Virus record (IMG/VR): IMGVR_UViG_3300048583_000056
Location: 1,245 to 65,244 of that record
DNA length: 64,000 nucleotides
Origin: a virus
Lineage: Duplodnaviria > Caudoviricetes
Reading direction: 5' to 3' (one strand)
In this document: positions 1-8,391 of the stretch, one piece after another
How positions within the stretch are numbered: position 1 is the first letter of the stretch
Layout: the number at the start of each line of letters is the position of its first letter
Made by a program: the position numbers and the translations under genes
Notes under the pieces: model-generated
Database searches by the model: none
What the model was told of the DNA's origin: nothing
The model's input: the letters and a program-made list of their open reading frames with translations, nothing else

Positions 1-174
1 TGTCACACCATCAATATAATTGATATAATCTGGATTGTTTACCATGGAATCCTCGACCACACAAAGATGGTCTATAAATTCTTTACAAGGCAAAAGAGAA
101 TCGAACAACTTGGAGAAGTTATCCAATCTACCACAGGTTATTATCCCCACCCCTATAGTCTCTCCGTTGATCAT
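1..174 (-). CDS. Glycosyltransferase family 2, N-terminal part (runs off the window)
   Basis: Not in ORF track. Manual translation MINGETIGVGIITCGRLDNFSKLFDSLLPCKEFIDHLCVVEDS... matches the GT-A N-terminal pattern; ATGA overlap with the upstream gene. Confidence 0.7.
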   Translation of the reverse strand, partial: MINGETIGVGIITCGRLDNFSKLFDSLLPCKEFIDHLCVVEDSMVNNPDYINYIDGVT

Positions 175-902
175 CTTCCTGATTTGATTTGTTTCATCAA
201 GGTATTAATTTGGTTATCTTTGACCATCTCACCTTTTTGTTCGTTTAACATCTGTTCTAGAAGATCTGCATTGCTAGGATCAAGAATACTACTCTCGGTC
301 TCGATTAGATCTCCCTTATAGTCGATAAATTCACCAATGAACCATAGTCTATCGTCAACAGTCAATCCTTCTAATTGGATTATCGCTGGACAATCCTCTT
401 TCGGGAAAAAGATATCTGATTCCAGATTCTCGCAATACTGGTGATATAGATCTTGAAAAATTTGATCTGTCTCAGCAATGAATTTTGGATCTGCTTCTCT
501 CATCCCATCATTAACAATCGGAATGGATGGATCACTCTTAATCCAGAAGATGATATCTAAGTTTTTAAGTGATTCACGAACTAAACTAATACTAGCTGCG
601 GTTACTTCGTCTGAAATAATCCCAGCAGCATTTGCTTGGAGTGTATACGCCAAGTTATCCAATGGATTTCTATCGAAGATGATCTTGGATTTTGGACCAT
701 GCTTTTCATGTTCCTTCATCATCCAATCTAAAATACCTAATTGGGTTTCCTCTGAAGTATTCGAAGAATGGCTAAGATTGTTTTCTACAAGATAATCTCT
801 ATATGTTGATGTTGGGGTTGTATACATCGGCCATTTCTTTAGAAATGCCTTCACTAAAGTTGTTTTTCCCGTATTCGCTGCCCCTGTGACACTTACTCTC
901 AT
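171..902 (-). CDS. P-loop nucleotide-kinase-like protein (AAA_28/NadR/dNMP kinase type)
   Basis: N-terminal Walker A GAANTGKT and kinase-type DRxxLDxLAY motif. Confidence 0.7.
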   Translation of the reverse strand: MRVSVTGAANTGKTTLVKAFLKKWPMYTTPTSTYRDYLVENNLSHSSNTSEETQLGILDWMMKEHEKHGPKSKIIFDRNPLDNLAYTLQANAAGIISDEVTAASISLVRESLKNLDIIFWIKSDPSIPIVNDGMREADPKFIAETDQIFQDLYHQYCENLESDIFFPKEDCPAIIQLEGLTVDDRLWFIGEFIDYKGDLIETESSILDPSNADLLEQMLNEQKGEMVKDNQINTLMKQIKSGR

Positions 903-911
903 ATACCAGTA

Positions 912-939
912 AATTTACCATGAAATGTTGATTTGTCAA
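912..939 (-). promoter_or_regulatory. Sigma70-type early promoter
   Basis: TTGACA-16 bp (ending TGG)-TAAATT, 9 nt before ATG 902. Confidence 0.65.
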
Positions 940-978
940 GAACTTGAATGACACTCAATTTAGATTAAATAATAATGA

Positions 979-1719
979 ATGACAGCTAAAAAAGCACCTC
1001 GCAAGAGGAAAGAGTCGGTCGATATAACTAATGAATTTAGTGACGGTTTTAAGCAAACCTTCAATTGCTCAAACATCAAAATGAAGAAGATGCTTCCTAT
1101 TACGGATAATCAGACCTCATTTTACTACCTGACCCAAAATGAGAAAACTAATATGATCTTGTTGGATGGTCCTGCGGGTTCTGCAAAGACCTATTGTGCA
1201 GTATATACTGCTTTAGAGTTGCTGAAAGAAGCCAAGGTTGATAAAATTATCTATATTAGAACGGTCGTTGAGAGTGCTTCTAAATCTATAGGATTCTTGA
1301 AAGGTGATGAAGACTCCAAATTAGCACCATACATTCTACCATTCATTGATAAAGCTCTGGAATCCACTGATAAAGTGACGGTCAATTCTTTAATAGAACA
1401 AGAATATATCAAAGCTATTCCCGTAAACTTCGTCAGAGGTTTGACATTCAACAACTCTGTCGTTATCTTCGATGAAGTTCAAAACGCTACCAGATCCGAG
1501 ATCACAACTGTTCTCACTAGATTTGGTAGAAACAGCAAATTCATTTTAATTGGTGATTCCAAACAGAAGGACATCAAAGACTCTGGGTTTGAAACAGTTT
1601 ATAACTTGTTCGATACACCGTTTTCTGATAAGAACAACATCCATTGTATCAAATTTGATAACTCGGATATTGTAAGATCTCCCATACTCAAACACATAAC
1701 CCAAGTGCTCTCGGTATAA
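979..1719 (+). CDS. phoH: PhoH-family ATPase
   Basis: GPAGSAKT, IGFLKGD, FVRGLTF, DEVQN, LTRFG, GDSKQKD motifs. Confidence 0.93.
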   Translation: MTAKKAPRKRKESVDITNEFSDGFKQTFNCSNIKMKKMLPITDNQTSFYYLTQNEKTNMILLDGPAGSAKTYCAVYTALELLKEAKVDKIIYIRTVVESASKSIGFLKGDEDSKLAPYILPFIDKALESTDKVTVNSLIEQEYIKAIPVNFVRGLTFNNSVVIFDEVQNATRSEITTVLTRFGRNSKFILIGDSKQKDIKDSGFETVYNLFDTPFSDKNNIHCIKFDNSDIVRSPILKHITQVLSV

Positions 1720-1723
1720 AATC

Positions 1724-1757
1724 AAAAACCCATTCTAGATATCTAGAATGGGTTTTT
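1724..1757. terminator. Bidirectional intrinsic terminator
   Basis: Perfect 34-bp palindrome AAAAACCCATTCTAGAT-ATCTAGAATGGGTTTTT between convergent genes. Confidence 0.85.
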
Positions 1758-1758
1758 C

Positions 1759-2217
1759 TTATTTGATAAGAAGTTTAAAATGTTCTCTCATAGAGAACAT
1801 CATAGATTTGAAAATCTTACTACGTGTGGGTTTATACATATCGTAATATATGTTTTTAATCTTCAAACAATCCTCTGTCGAGAAATATGCACCATTTCTA
1901 GCTTGCAACATTTGAGATGTTGGCCCATTGGCTAGACCCATACTCCTAATCAAGTTATCGATTATGGCATCCTTTGTGAAATCTGGTTCACCCAACCATT
2001 CGTAAGATGCTTCCCACTTTTTAGGATCTCTTTTGCTTTGAAAGAACTCTAATTTTTCCAAATTAACATCAACATCAATACCATAATAAGTTAATGAGAA
2101 ATTTCTCATATATCCCACGATGTCCTTAATGTTTTCTGGATTGACTTTATATTCATCACCAACCAATTCGAGGTATTCTTCTGGCAATGTATAATTAACA
2201 AATAATAGTTGTCTCAT
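1759..2217 (-). CDS. Hypothetical protein
   Basis: 152-aa ORF overlapping its neighbour in a packed operon. Confidence 0.7.
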   Translation of the reverse strand: MRQLLFVNYTLPEEYLELVGDEYKVNPENIKDIVGYMRNFSLTYYGIDVDVNLEKLEFFQSKRDPKKWEASYEWLGEPDFTKDAIIDNLIRSMGLANGPTSQMLQARNGAYFSTEDCLKIKNIYYDMYKPTRSKIFKSMMFSMREHFKLLIK

Positions 2218-2429
2218 ACCAATCCTCCTCTCATTTCGATCACGGCTTGCTCAACGTTGATAGAGCCAACCAATCTTACATGATTCTCGTAAATTTCCCC
2301 CAAAGCTTTCCCGTCTCTAGTATTTAAAATACCTTCTAGAAAGCCTAGAGAAATGTTACATTCGTTGTCATTTAATACTGCTCTGCCGCCAACCATTGTG
2401 ACTTGGTCTGGTTCTTTATAATGTTTCAT
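2214..2429 (-). CDS. Hypothetical protein
   Basis: 71-aa ORF overlapping both neighbours. Confidence 0.6.
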   Translation of the reverse strand: MKHYKEPDQVTMVGGRAVLNDNECNISLGFLEGILNTRDGKALGEIYENHVRLVGSINVEQAVIEMRGGLV

Positions 2430-3222
2430 TTTCTTTATTTATTTGGGTTTCAACACAGGTTTTAAAAATTTGGATACACTCATCGGAAAATCCTTCTTTG
2501 ATATCAAAGATTTTCATGTTGTCTTGAAACAAGACAAACGGTGAATGAGTGGCAATAATAATCTGATATTGTTCGGTTAACTCGGATAAAATTTTATACA
2601 ACTCAACTTGTTTTGGTAGAGACAACGCACGCTCCGGTTCGTCCAGAATCAAAGTCGGTTTACCGTTTCTTGGTAAAGTTCTGATATAATTCGACTCGGC
2701 AATTTGTGTAGGATGAGCGGAAACATATCTCGTAAGATCTGGTGGATTCTTAGCCATATTCAAGAGTTTGTTAATCTTGATCATTCTATACTGTCCAGAC
2801 GAGGGCTTGTCCATCAGATATTGAAATTGTTCTTCTTCGGTTGTCATACCATCCTCTGACAGAGAAATGTTATTGGAGAACCATGCCCATTCATCGATTT
2901 TGATATCGCCATCATTATAGAATGATGCAATCCCATCCCATTCAACAATACAATCAGAAGATGCTGGGGAATATGCGCGATACACCCAAGGAAAGTGATG
3001 TTGAACTTGAGCACCCAAAGCTAGTTCGGAACTAATTTGTGACCAACCACCTTTAGCGATTCCACAATAAGCTTTGATCATTTTTAATAGGGTGGATTTT
3101 CCACAACCATTAGGACCAAGTAAAACATTTACTTTATTTGACTCGAAATCAAATCGAATACCCGGATAGAACCCCGGCATTTCCGTCAAGAATCCATTTT
3201 TTACAGTTATACTCTTTACCAT
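2416..3222 (-). CDS. Stand-alone ABC-type ATPase
   Basis: Walker A GPNGCGKS, signature SSGQ, Walker B LILDEPE, H-loop ATHSP. Confidence 0.85.
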   Translation of the reverse strand: MVKSITVKNGFLTEMPGFYPGIRFDFESNKVNVLLGPNGCGKSTLLKMIKAYCGIAKGGWSQISSELALGAQVQHHFPWVYRAYSPASSDCIVEWDGIASFYNDGDIKIDEWAWFSNNISLSEDGMTTEEEQFQYLMDKPSSGQYRMIKINKLLNMAKNPPDLTRYVSAHPTQIAESNYIRTLPRNGKPTLILDEPERALSLPKQVELYKILSELTEQYQIIIATHSPFVLFQDNMKIFDIKEGFSDECIQIFKTCVETQINKENETL

Positions 3223-3224
3223 AA

Positions 3225-3485
3225 TTAACGATTATTGGTTGACCAAGGTGTTCCTTCGAACCATCCTGTTCCACTATATGATTTATTAATAATGGGTGCT
3301 GGCTTTGGTCCTCTGTCTACCTCGGTAGGTTTTGGAATAGATTGTTCTTCCAATTTTTTGATTGCTTTTTCTGGGGTTGGTGCAATTGCCACTTGTTCCC
3401 CGTCTGAAGCAAGATACTGTTCTCCGAATTTTTTAGTGATGATCTTAAAATTGTCATCTTCGTCTACTTTAATTTCTGCATTCAC
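3225..3485 (-). CDS. Hypothetical early protein
   Basis: GTG start 6 nt after promoter -10. Confidence 0.65.
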   Translation of the reverse strand: MNAEIKVDEDDNFKIITKKFGEQYLASDGEQVAIAPTPEKAIKKLEEQSIPKPTEVDRGPKPAPIINKSYSGTGWFEGTPWSTNNR

Positions 3486-3491
3486 GCTCTC

Positions 3492-3519
3492 ATTAAAGCA
3501 TATATTTTCACCAAGTCAA
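3492..3519 (-). promoter_or_regulatory. Sigma70-type early promoter
   Basis: TTGACT-16 bp (ending TGC)-TTTAAT. Confidence 0.6.
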
Positions 3520-4013
3520 GGTTTTTTCTTGACGGTCTTATATTTTGTTGGTCTTCGAACATTTAGCCTTGATGTATCGTTGGCGGAAGTGTTGATAATC
3601 TTAAATTGATTATCCTTGTTGAAGATGAAACTGAGTTTTCTTTTGGGATCACCATAAGGCTTTCCGCTTTTGGTGTGACCAATGATTCTAGACCCGATAA
3701 CAACTTTATTTTTACCGGATTTGGTAACACCTTTACTCATATCCATGATATATCCAGCATCTAAAAGAATATCTTTGTAAGCTTTTTGGAGACCACCAGA
3801 ACCAACATCATAACCTTGTCTGATGGCATCACCAACATCTCTTGCACCTGCTTCGAGTTTATCCAAAGGATTTGTGATCTCTGGAGCGACTTTACGTAAT
3901 AGTGAAGCACCACCTTTAACAGCAGCACCAGCTACGCCACCAGCGACTCTCAAAGGAGCAGAGATATTACTCCAGAACCCTTCAGATAAAATTTCTCGTT
4001 GAGTTAATTTCAT
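3516..4013 (-). CDS. Putative internal head protein
   Basis: Leader MKLTQREILSE followed by Gly/Ala-rich amphipathic segment. Confidence 0.55.
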   Translation of the reverse strand: MKLTQREILSEGFWSNISAPLRVAGGVAGAAVKGGASLLRKVAPEITNPLDKLEAGARDVGDAIRQGYDVGSGGLQKAYKDILLDAGYIMDMSKGVTKSGKNKVVIGSRIIGHTKSGKPYGDPKRKLSFIFNKDNQFKIINTSANDTSRLNVRRPTKYKTVKKKP

Positions 4014-4453
4014 ATATAATCAGCGTTTAAATTTTTATCTGCCACATTATTTAACCCAACATCTATAAGGGCATCTAACTCATCCAAAATAAATTGCTTA
4101 CCGATCAAAACTTTGTGATTGTTTTCAGAACGATTACCGATTGAGAACGGAATATTTTTGAATGTTCTATTCCCAAGCTTAACATCAAAATTTACAACGG
4201 GTCGTTCCTCTTTGTTGCCAGCACCTAAGTTGATAACAATCGTATCACTTACAGGCTTCTCAATACTGATACCGCCATCGGTTGTAAACCTGACAGTCGA
4301 ACCATCAGTTTGTATATCTTCACCATGTAAAACGTTAAACGCGCCATTTCCAGAATCTAGTTTAGCTTTAAACGCACCCACTCCGTCAATATGGATAATT
4401 TCTTCCAAACCTAATACAGTTTTCTCTAGATAAAATTGTTTGAAAGTTATCAT
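4010..4453 (-). CDS. Retropepsin-like aspartic protease (RimK-associated 'ATP-dependent Zn protease' family)
   Basis: AKLDSGN active-site motif, EERPVV, NRS...VLIG. Confidence 0.8.
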   Translation of the reverse strand: MITFKQFYLEKTVLGLEEIIHIDGVGAFKAKLDSGNGAFNVLHGEDIQTDGSTVRFTTDGGISIEKPVSDTIVINLGAGNKEERPVVNFDVKLGNRTFKNIPFSIGNRSENNHKVLIGKQFILDELDALIDVGLNNVADKNLNADYI

Positions 4454-4457
4454 TCAT

Positions 4458-4862
4458 TTACATGGAGATATTATCGGAATCTTCAAATCCGTCGTTAGCA
4501 AAGTCCGCGACATCGTCTAGTTCATTCCAAACATCAGAGATATAATCTTCAGCTTTGATGATCTTAGCAACCATCCAAGTTTCCAATTCTTCTGATTCAC
4601 AATGACTTAGCAGAATGTTTGCACGTTTGACGAGTTTACGGAGACATTTCGTGATGATTTCGTTATCTAGTTCATCTTCTTCTCCAAACATATCATCACC
4701 AAGGTCTTCTTCGGTTCCAGTGTCTAAAGGACCAACTGGTTCCATAGAGATAATAGCTTCTGCGTCTTCAGGGTATTGCTCCTGTGAATATTGTGCATCA
4801 GGACTTTTGTTCCCATATGATTCCCAGATCAAACTATTTTCAAAAGTTTTAAATTTTTTCAT
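4458..4862 (-). CDS. Acidic putative internal head protein
   Basis: Leader MKKF..IWESY; LETWMVAKIIKAEDYI helix; TAAATA upstream. Confidence 0.55.
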   Translation of the reverse strand: MKKFKTFENSLIWESYGNKSPDAQYSQEQYPEDAEAIISMEPVGPLDTGTEEDLGDDMFGEEDELDNEIITKCLRKLVKRANILLSHCESEELETWMVAKIIKAEDYISDVWNELDDVADFANDGFEDSDNISM

Positions 4863-4874
4863 AATAATATTTAA

Positions 4875-5252
4875 TTAAACTGATTCAATACTGTTTAATT
4901 GCTTGCGAAGATCTCCACCAGAAGTAGAAGAAGCAATAATCCCTAGGATGCTTGGGAGAACTTCTTCTCTAGCATTTGTATACTTCTTCATTTTCATTTG
5001 AGATTGAAGATTTAGTAAAGTGTTTGCTTGTTCGGCAGAAGGTTCAAAAAGTGCGGCATCAATCAAATCAGAAATATACTTATCTTCTCCAGCAGATGAC
5101 AACGGCATTGTTTCTTGTGGGGGAGGAGCAGGATTATCTATGACGCTTCCAGCTTGCTCTGGTGGGGCTTCATGACCCTGTGTAGGATCTTGTCCATCTT
5201 GTTCCACCAAAAATCTTTGATAGTCTCGGATTAGTTGTAAAGTTTTGCTCAT
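4875..5252 (-). CDS. Hypothetical (putative internal) protein
   Basis: Leader ending FLVE; late operon. Confidence 0.6.
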   Translation of the reverse strand: MSKTLQLIRDYQRFLVEQDGQDPTQGHEAPPEQAGSVIDNPAPPPQETMPLSSAGEDKYISDLIDAALFEPSAEQANTLLNLQSQMKMKKYTNAREEVLPSILGIIASSTSGGDLRKQLNSIESV

Positions 5253-5254
5253 GA

Positions 5255-5698
5255 TTAATAATTAGTTGGGATTGTGCTAGTGCGTCTCGTGTTTTGAAGT
5301 GCCTTTTCGATTTCTCTAGTGCTGTCCTCATATGTCTTGACAGCTTTTCCAGCAATATTTTGACGTTTCTTAACAGCGGTCTTAGCTCTTTGTGCAGAAG
5401 TTCCTAAGCCTCTTGCAGCTAATCCTTTTAGTCCAGAATTTGCTTTAGCTCCAAGTTTTTCAACTTCTTGATCGACTTTGTATGCACCAGTTCCAGCTTC
5501 AATACTTTCAGCTTCTTCCTCATTACCAGAGATGTTGACAGCAATGGTTTTGCTACCAGTATCAATGTAAAGCATATCAGTATCCCTAACCAAGGATACT
5601 TTGATTCCTTTAGATTTCAGAAAATCTATCAATTCCCACTTGGGATCACCGGAATTTTGTGGATTGAATTCTTCGATTAAATGAAGGAACTTACTCAT
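5255..5698 (-). CDS. Hypothetical (putative internal) protein
   Basis: Leader MSKFLHLIEE; TAAATA 5 nt upstream. Confidence 0.6.
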   Translation of the reverse strand: MSKFLHLIEEFNPQNSGDPKWELIDFLKSKGIKVSLVRDTDMLYIDTGSKTIAVNISGNEEEAESIEAGTGAYKVDQEVEKLGAKANSGLKGLAARGLGTSAQRAKTAVKKRQNIAGKAVKTYEDSTREIEKALQNTRRTSTIPTNY

Positions 5699-5706
5699 TT
5701 ACATAT

Positions 5707-6273
5707 TTAATGCATTATGAGCAACTTCGAAGAGACTTCTTTAAAAAACTTTCCCATATCTTTCAATCCTTCCTTTTCCAGATATTTTTTGATATGTTTA
5801 AACGTTTTAGGTTTGGTTTCCTTTGCAAAGAATAGTTCAAGCCTAGGAATCAACTCACTATCCTCGAACCTGAGTTTTGTGACAACTTCATCGAAGTCCA
5901 TCACATCCTCCAAAACCTTAAATCCAAATATTCTTTTGATTTTGCCTAGGAGTTTATTTCTGAAAGGATCTTTTGTCAGAGAATTGCTGTAGAAGCAAAG
6001 TTGATAAGGTAATTCCTGATTCTTGATGTTATCACAAATAACTTGCAAAAATGCGTGCGTATAAATCGTTTTGTTGTATTTGTTGGTGAAATCAAATGAT
6101 ACATCCAAAAAGCATCCCTTTAAAATCTTAGCAAAGTATATATTGGTCTCCCTAAACAAAACGTCAATATCCATGAAGATGATACCAGTATCAGTAAAGA
6201 TAATGCTGGTATGTTTTTCCTCAGTCTTTACTTCATAATAGTTCATTGGAGTGGGTAGTAAGCATTTGGCCAT
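5707..6273 (-). CDS. Hypothetical protein (true start probably the internal MNYYE)
   Basis: 188-aa ORF in operon. Confidence 0.6.
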   Translation of the reverse strand: MAKCLLPTPMNYYEVKTEEKHTSIIFTDTGIIFMDIDVLFRETNIYFAKILKGCFLDVSFDFTNKYNKTIYTHAFLQVICDNIKNQELPYQLCFYSNSLTKDPFRNKLLGKIKRIFGFKVLEDVMDFDEVVTKLRFEDSELIPRLELFFAKETKPKTFKHIKKYLEKEGLKDMGKFFKEVSSKLLIMH

Positions 6274-6449
6274 TTCATATCCTCAATGGGTTGTTCCTCA
6301 TTAAGATTTATTGGACCGATAAAGTCTCGGTGTGTTTTACAAGCCTTTATAGCTTTTTCCTCTGAATCAAAAATACCACTAAGGGACCATTGATCATCAC
6401 TTGGACCAATATAAGTTCCCATAGCCCAAAGTTTTGTTGTTTCGCTCAT
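6243..6449 (-). CDS. Small hypothetical early protein
   Basis: 68 aa with GIFDSEEKA motif; TTGACT-16-TATAAG promoter at 6457-6484. Confidence 0.65.
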   Translation of the reverse strand: MSETTKLWAMGTYIGPSDDQWSLSGIFDSEEKAIKACKTHRDFIGPINLNEEQPIEDMKWPNAYYPLQ

Positions 6450-6467
6450 AATAATGCTTATACCACA

Positions 6468-6908
6468 TTAAAAATTAAAGTCAAGCTTGAAGTTTTTGTA
6501 TTTCTCTCTTAAATGAGCAGGCATTTTACATAAACGAATATTAATTATGCCATTTAGGTAATCATCAGAAGAAATTGCATTATTTTGTAGTTGATATAAT
6601 AACTCTAGAAAAGAGGCTTCCCATTTACACGATGCTACATCTAAAACTTCTCTAGTAAAGTTTTCTTTACCAAATTCTATTAAGTCTTTTTTTAATTGCT
6701 CAGAAGAGCCATAATATTGCATGTAATTACTTGGTTTATTAATCTTTCTCTTTCTTTTTGTTCCCTTTAATGGTGGTTTAGTTAATTTGCTCCACAATTG
6801 ACACTTACCTATATACTTCTTACCAGTAATTGTATTGGTAATGCAATAAATTATGCTGAAATGTTCAGTTTCATTTATGTTTTCTGGTAAATTTACCCAA
6901 TCGCTCAT
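6468..6908 (-). CDS. GIY-YIG endonuclease, Seg-like
   Basis: IIYCITNTITGKKYIGK, YYGSS, FTREVL, YLNG; start reassigned to ATG 6908 (TAAGTA 5 nt upstream). Confidence 0.8.
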   Translation of the reverse strand: MSDWVNLPENINETEHFSIIYCITNTITGKKYIGKCQLWSKLTKPPLKGTKRKRKINKPSNYMQYYGSSEQLKKDLIEFGKENFTREVLDVASCKWEASFLELLYQLQNNAISSDDYLNGIINIRLCKMPAHLREKYKNFKLDFNF

Positions 6909-7297
6909 GGGATTACTTAGCTTTTCAGGAACAAAATCCTTAAGTACAATATAGTCGCGTAGCGACAGAGTAAGGTAGCTATAACTAGCCAAATAAACTA
7001 TTTTTCATCTAACATATTGAATATTGAAACTTTTAGATTAATTAATGGGTGTAGTGGGCGGGCTTTGGTACAATAATAAATAGAATTCAATTATAATAGT
7101 CTATATTAAATAACCTGACTATACTTTGAATGATGTTATTGGTTATGGTTACATCAACATCAATAATAATATATTATTATTAATTACAATTTATACTTAT
7201 AAAGAATAAGATATTGTACCATTTACACTTTTGTCGCGTAGCGACTATTTATGTACTAATCGAGTCTAAAGCCAGATTCGCATGCCGATTGCGAAAG
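6909..7297. other. AT-rich non-coding region bounded by two GTCGC-GTA-GCGAC hairpins (candidate origin)
   Basis: Identical 13-mers at 6954-6966 and 7233-7245; longest gene-free stretch in the window. Confidence 0.45.
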
Positions 7298-7546
7298 TCA
7301 AGCGGATTTCTTCGACTTTTTCTTCTTTCTTTTCACAGAACCATTTCGAGAAACAATATTTCCTCCGAAAATGGACACGGGGATGCGTTGATCACCTGTG
7401 GCATAGTCGTCATCGTTTTCTTCTCCTAAGTCGCCTGTGCCATCGCTGGACCCACCTAAAATTGATCCTGCGTCCATATCTTCCAAAATTTGTTGATAAA
7501 GATCGGCAATTTTACCTTCTTCTATAGTTGACAATCTTTTACTCAT
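7298..7546 (-). CDS. Small late protein with acidic middle and basic tail
   Basis: TAAATA upstream; LYQQILE leader. Confidence 0.6.
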   Translation of the reverse strand: MSKRLSTIEEGKIADLYQQILEDMDAGSILGGSSDGTGDLGEENDDDYATGDQRIPVSIFGGNIVSRNGSVKRKKKKSKKSA

Positions 7547-7565
7547 ATGTTATTATTTAATACAT

Positions 7566-7806
7566 ATGAGAAGTAGGGTTGTCGATATGGACAGAGTTGG
7601 TGGTGTTGAAGGATTACAAAATCTTTTAGACTCAAACCCAACATGGAAATTTGTGGGTGGTGGAAGTTGTATGGTATCCAACACTTATACAACTAAAGGT
7701 GGAAACGGTAGACCTTCTATGACCTTCTATGATGTTTTCTGACCCACCATCCAAAGTTAATTATGGAGTATTTGAGACCGCAGGCGAACACATGTTTATG
7801 TTATGA
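7566..7806 (+). pseudogene. Small gene frameshifted by a 10-bp tandem duplication
   Basis: GACCTTCTAT x2 at 7711-7730 gives a stop at 7742; removing one copy extends the ORF to TGA 7806, overlapping the uvsY ATG. Confidence 0.6.
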
Positions 7807-8213
7807 TTGATTACGATAGAGAATACGAACGTTTAAAGAGAGATTTTTCCGAATGGTGCTCTTTTGATCGAATGAACATTGGTGATAAAGCCATGGGTGC
7901 GGTCAACAAGAAACAATGGGTAGTAGCTCGTTTATTTGACTACAAGAGGGACAGAGACAAGCTTGGGAAACAAAGAACTGCTCTTATTAGGGAGAAGCTC
8001 GTTGAACTTGAGAAATCTTCACCCGTTAACTTTGTGGCGAATAAAGCTTTGGTTGAAAATATTTCCAAATCGGAAGATTTAGAGCCTCTAAATCAGCAAA
8101 TCAAGGATTGTGAATTCCTGATAGCATATTTGGAGAGTGTGGTTAAAATGATCACATATATTGCACAAGATATCAAGAATATCATCGACGCAATTAATTT
8201 AGAAGACAAATAA
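7803..8213 (+). CDS. uvsY: UvsY-like recombination mediator
   Basis: 136-aa helical protein just upstream of uvsW, C-terminal YLE...DIKNII. Confidence 0.65.
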   Translation: MIDYDREYERLKRDFSEWCSFDRMNIGDKAMGAVNKKQWVVARLFDYKRDRDKLGKQRTALIREKLVELEKSSPVNFVANKALVENISKSEDLEPLNQQIKDCEFLIAYLESVVKMITYIAQDIKNIIDAINLEDK

Positions 8214-8214
8214 T

Positions 8215-8391
8215 ATGAAAGAATCAAAATTACCAGCATCATTTAATGCAAGAGACTGGGCCGAAGAGTTTGTGGAGATCGTAAAAGAGAATCCTTTAAT
8301 CGCTACTGATATAGCTACGATGACTGGTTGGTTCGCAAATGCTTTAATGAGAGGCTGGGATGAGCGTGATTGGCGACATAATGATGATTGA
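8215..8391 (+). CDS. Small hypothetical protein (58 aa)
   Basis: Manual translation MKESKLPASFNARDWAEEF...MTGWFANALMRGWD; fills the uvsY-uvsW gap. Confidence 0.7.
   Translation: MKESKLPASFNARDWAEEFVEIVKENPLIATDIATMTGWFANALMRGWDERDWRHNDD

Noticed and set aside
1724-1757. 34-bp perfect palindrome as a protelomerase or recombination site
   Set aside because: A/T tails and position between convergent stops fit a bidirectional terminator; no protelomerase or recombinase nearby.
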